Source: Carcharhinus amblyrhynchos (lineage: Eukaryota). From it: a DNA stretch of 64,000 nucleotides. Positions 62,120 through 64,000 of the stretch are shown one piece after another; the first letter of the stretch is position 1, and each line of letters begins with the position of its first letter. Location: NCBI GenBank assembly GCA_965287045.1, contig OZ336881.1, positions 50,902,001 through 50,966,000 of the forward strand, given 5' to 3'. The position numbers were made by a program, and so were the translations under genes. The notes beneath the pieces are model-generated. The model had not been told where the DNA came from and searched no databases. It saw only the letters and a program-made list of their open reading frames with translations.

Positions 62120-64000
62120 TTTGCACTGAAAATCTGAATCTCTGAATGGACATTTTGTCCAATGAGAAATTAGTATTCGTAGTAACCTCACATTCTGAAC
62201 TACATACCTTGCATCATGTCATTTCCTTCAAATCTTATGACAAAACATAACCACTTAGATCACGTTTGTGTGTCAGAAAAGAAATTGGGATACAGTATGC
62301 TGGTTAGGATCTTTGACAGTTCACTTAAATCGGCATAATGATAGCATTGCCACATACAGTATCAAAGTAGAAAATCACATTAAGCACATGTTACTGTAAA
62401 GTTTATGGGCTCATACCATGCCATAAATCTGGCTTTTTAAGTACCTTAGTGGGAAGGCATTAAGTTCTGCAGAATAGAGCCTTTTTCTCTTTGCACCTGT
62501 TTATTCCACTAACCACACTTTAACCGCTCTGCAACCCTTTTCCAAGTTAGGCAAAGTAATCTTGTAATCTTAATCACTAATCACAAATTAAGTCTAATAA
62601 AATCTCCCTTTTAGTTTTAAATACAGTTTCTTTGTTGGTCTCTTAGCTTGGTCTCTGTGCCTACAACTCGGTTTGAAGCTGCAAGAATTTCTTTTTTTTG
62701 TAAGTTGCTGACCAAACCAGAATGTTTTCACTCCGAGCCACAATTAGCGATGTGTATGTGTCCATTTCTTACCTAATGGGATCATCCCACTACCAAGAGG
62801 TATTAAGAATTGATTATTGTCTGTAAAGTGGCCAGACCAAGCTGTTAGCCTACTCGAGTGAACAGACATGCATTTTTAATCTACTGACTAATGAGAAAGA
62901 ATTTTAAACCTGGAATTACTGTGCTCTGCTTCCCTCAAATTTGAAAATATTGGAAGTAAGAGAACTATAGATCATGTTTCCTCATTTCACTGAAAACCTC
63001 TTGAATGGAATGAAATGGAACACTTTGAGAGTCCTCCCAGATGAGCTGCTGTTTCTCCACTTGATTTTTATTTTCAGAATTTCTCAGTGACACTGTCTTT
63101 ATATTTTATGACCATTTTCTTAATGTTTAAATTTCATTTTAAGGAATGAATCTCTGAGTCTGCAGAAATGTTTAACATAATGTTGTAGTTGCACAAACCA
63201 TCCACAGTTAAAAGCGTGCGTGATGGGCAAAATGTCCTTCATTCTTTAGACATGGAATTGACTGTGTCTGCAGAGTAGAACAAGTCCCCAGCTTATGTCA
63301 CTGCTATCAGGAGATGCAATTCTCCTTGATCAATATTTGCTTAACAAACAGCAGGGAACGGTGAGTTTGTTCAGAGAAGTCATGTGCATGCAAGGGTGAA
63401 TGAATGTTCGGTGAAGTACTTTGACTATTTGCCTCCTGCTGTTTTTTTTGCCCCCTCTTGTGTCCTGCTTTGTTCCAAACCAGGGGGACATGCATCTACA
63501 CAAATTCCCCAAACAAAATAACAATTGGAATGTCTGCGGCGTAAAGTACTGATGACAAATAAGCGTCACCCAGGTTCCTTTTATTAGACTCAGCAATTCC
63601 TAGAACTTAAGAACATAATAACCCACTGCACCTCCTCAGCATCAGGTGGCAGCAGTCAATCAAGTCGCCGTGAGCTTGTCAGGACAAAAGAGCGCGTAGT
63701 TTGTACAATGTAAATGGAGTCACTTTGTTCCAAAGAATCACCTCATTTCTAAGTTGCTGTGCCTTCGGGGGTCATTTGTTTGATCTTCTGACTGTCCCCA
63801 GACTCGGCAGCACATTATAAAAGCCTGACATAGCAGCCTGCCTGCCTTCTGTGTCCTGCGGATACTCATCATAAGTGTCAGTACATACCAAGGTTAGCAG
63901 TCACTGAAACCGTGCTTGTTTGCCCTGCCTTCACAAAACACTTACAAGTGAACCAATGTCACTTGTATTGGGAGGGGGAATTTTACAAAGATGAAAGAGG

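Larger units (their letters stand above)
1236..64000 (+). other. PROX1: Large PROX1 intron (final intron), continuing beyond the window
   Basis: Starts at the GT donor at 1236. The expected next exon (VPERFLEVAQITLREFF...) was not found by eye or in the ORF track; the sequence is repeat-rich and non-coding. Confidence 0.72.

Noticed and set aside
1-64000. Prokaryotic-style novel system (retron, DGR or defence RT) built around the RT
   Set aside because: The RT has CR1 motifs and a CR1 3' tail, has many decayed relatives in the window, and lies in a spliceosomal intron with no partner genes.

Overview
Eukaryotic, vertebrate DNA, most likely from a shark (inferred from HE1/V-SINE-type SINEs, CR1 LINEs and Penelope-type palindromes). 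The only host-gene coding sequence I can support is one 195-nt internal exon of PROX1 (1041-1235, +) encoding part of the homeo-prospero domain. I found no downstream terminal exon by eye, so the remaining ~62.7 kb appears to be one large intron. It holds a young 5'-truncated CR1 with an open 551-aa RT frame, older CR1/L2 fragments, about a dozen SINE copies of three architectures, short TIR elements, a ~2.1 kb pyrimidine-rich minisatellite and TE-poor stretches that may be enhancers. The most notable items are a ~345-bp inverted repeat with a 130-bp perfectly matched core, an array of five perfect TGACGTGGCA (UPRE/XBP1/CREB3-type) sites, and Penelope-type minimal hammerhead ribozyme relics. 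I cannot support a novel multi-gene system. Most short ORFs in the track look spurious. Repeat family names come from my recall of consensus sequences, not from a database search, and repeat boundaries are approximate.
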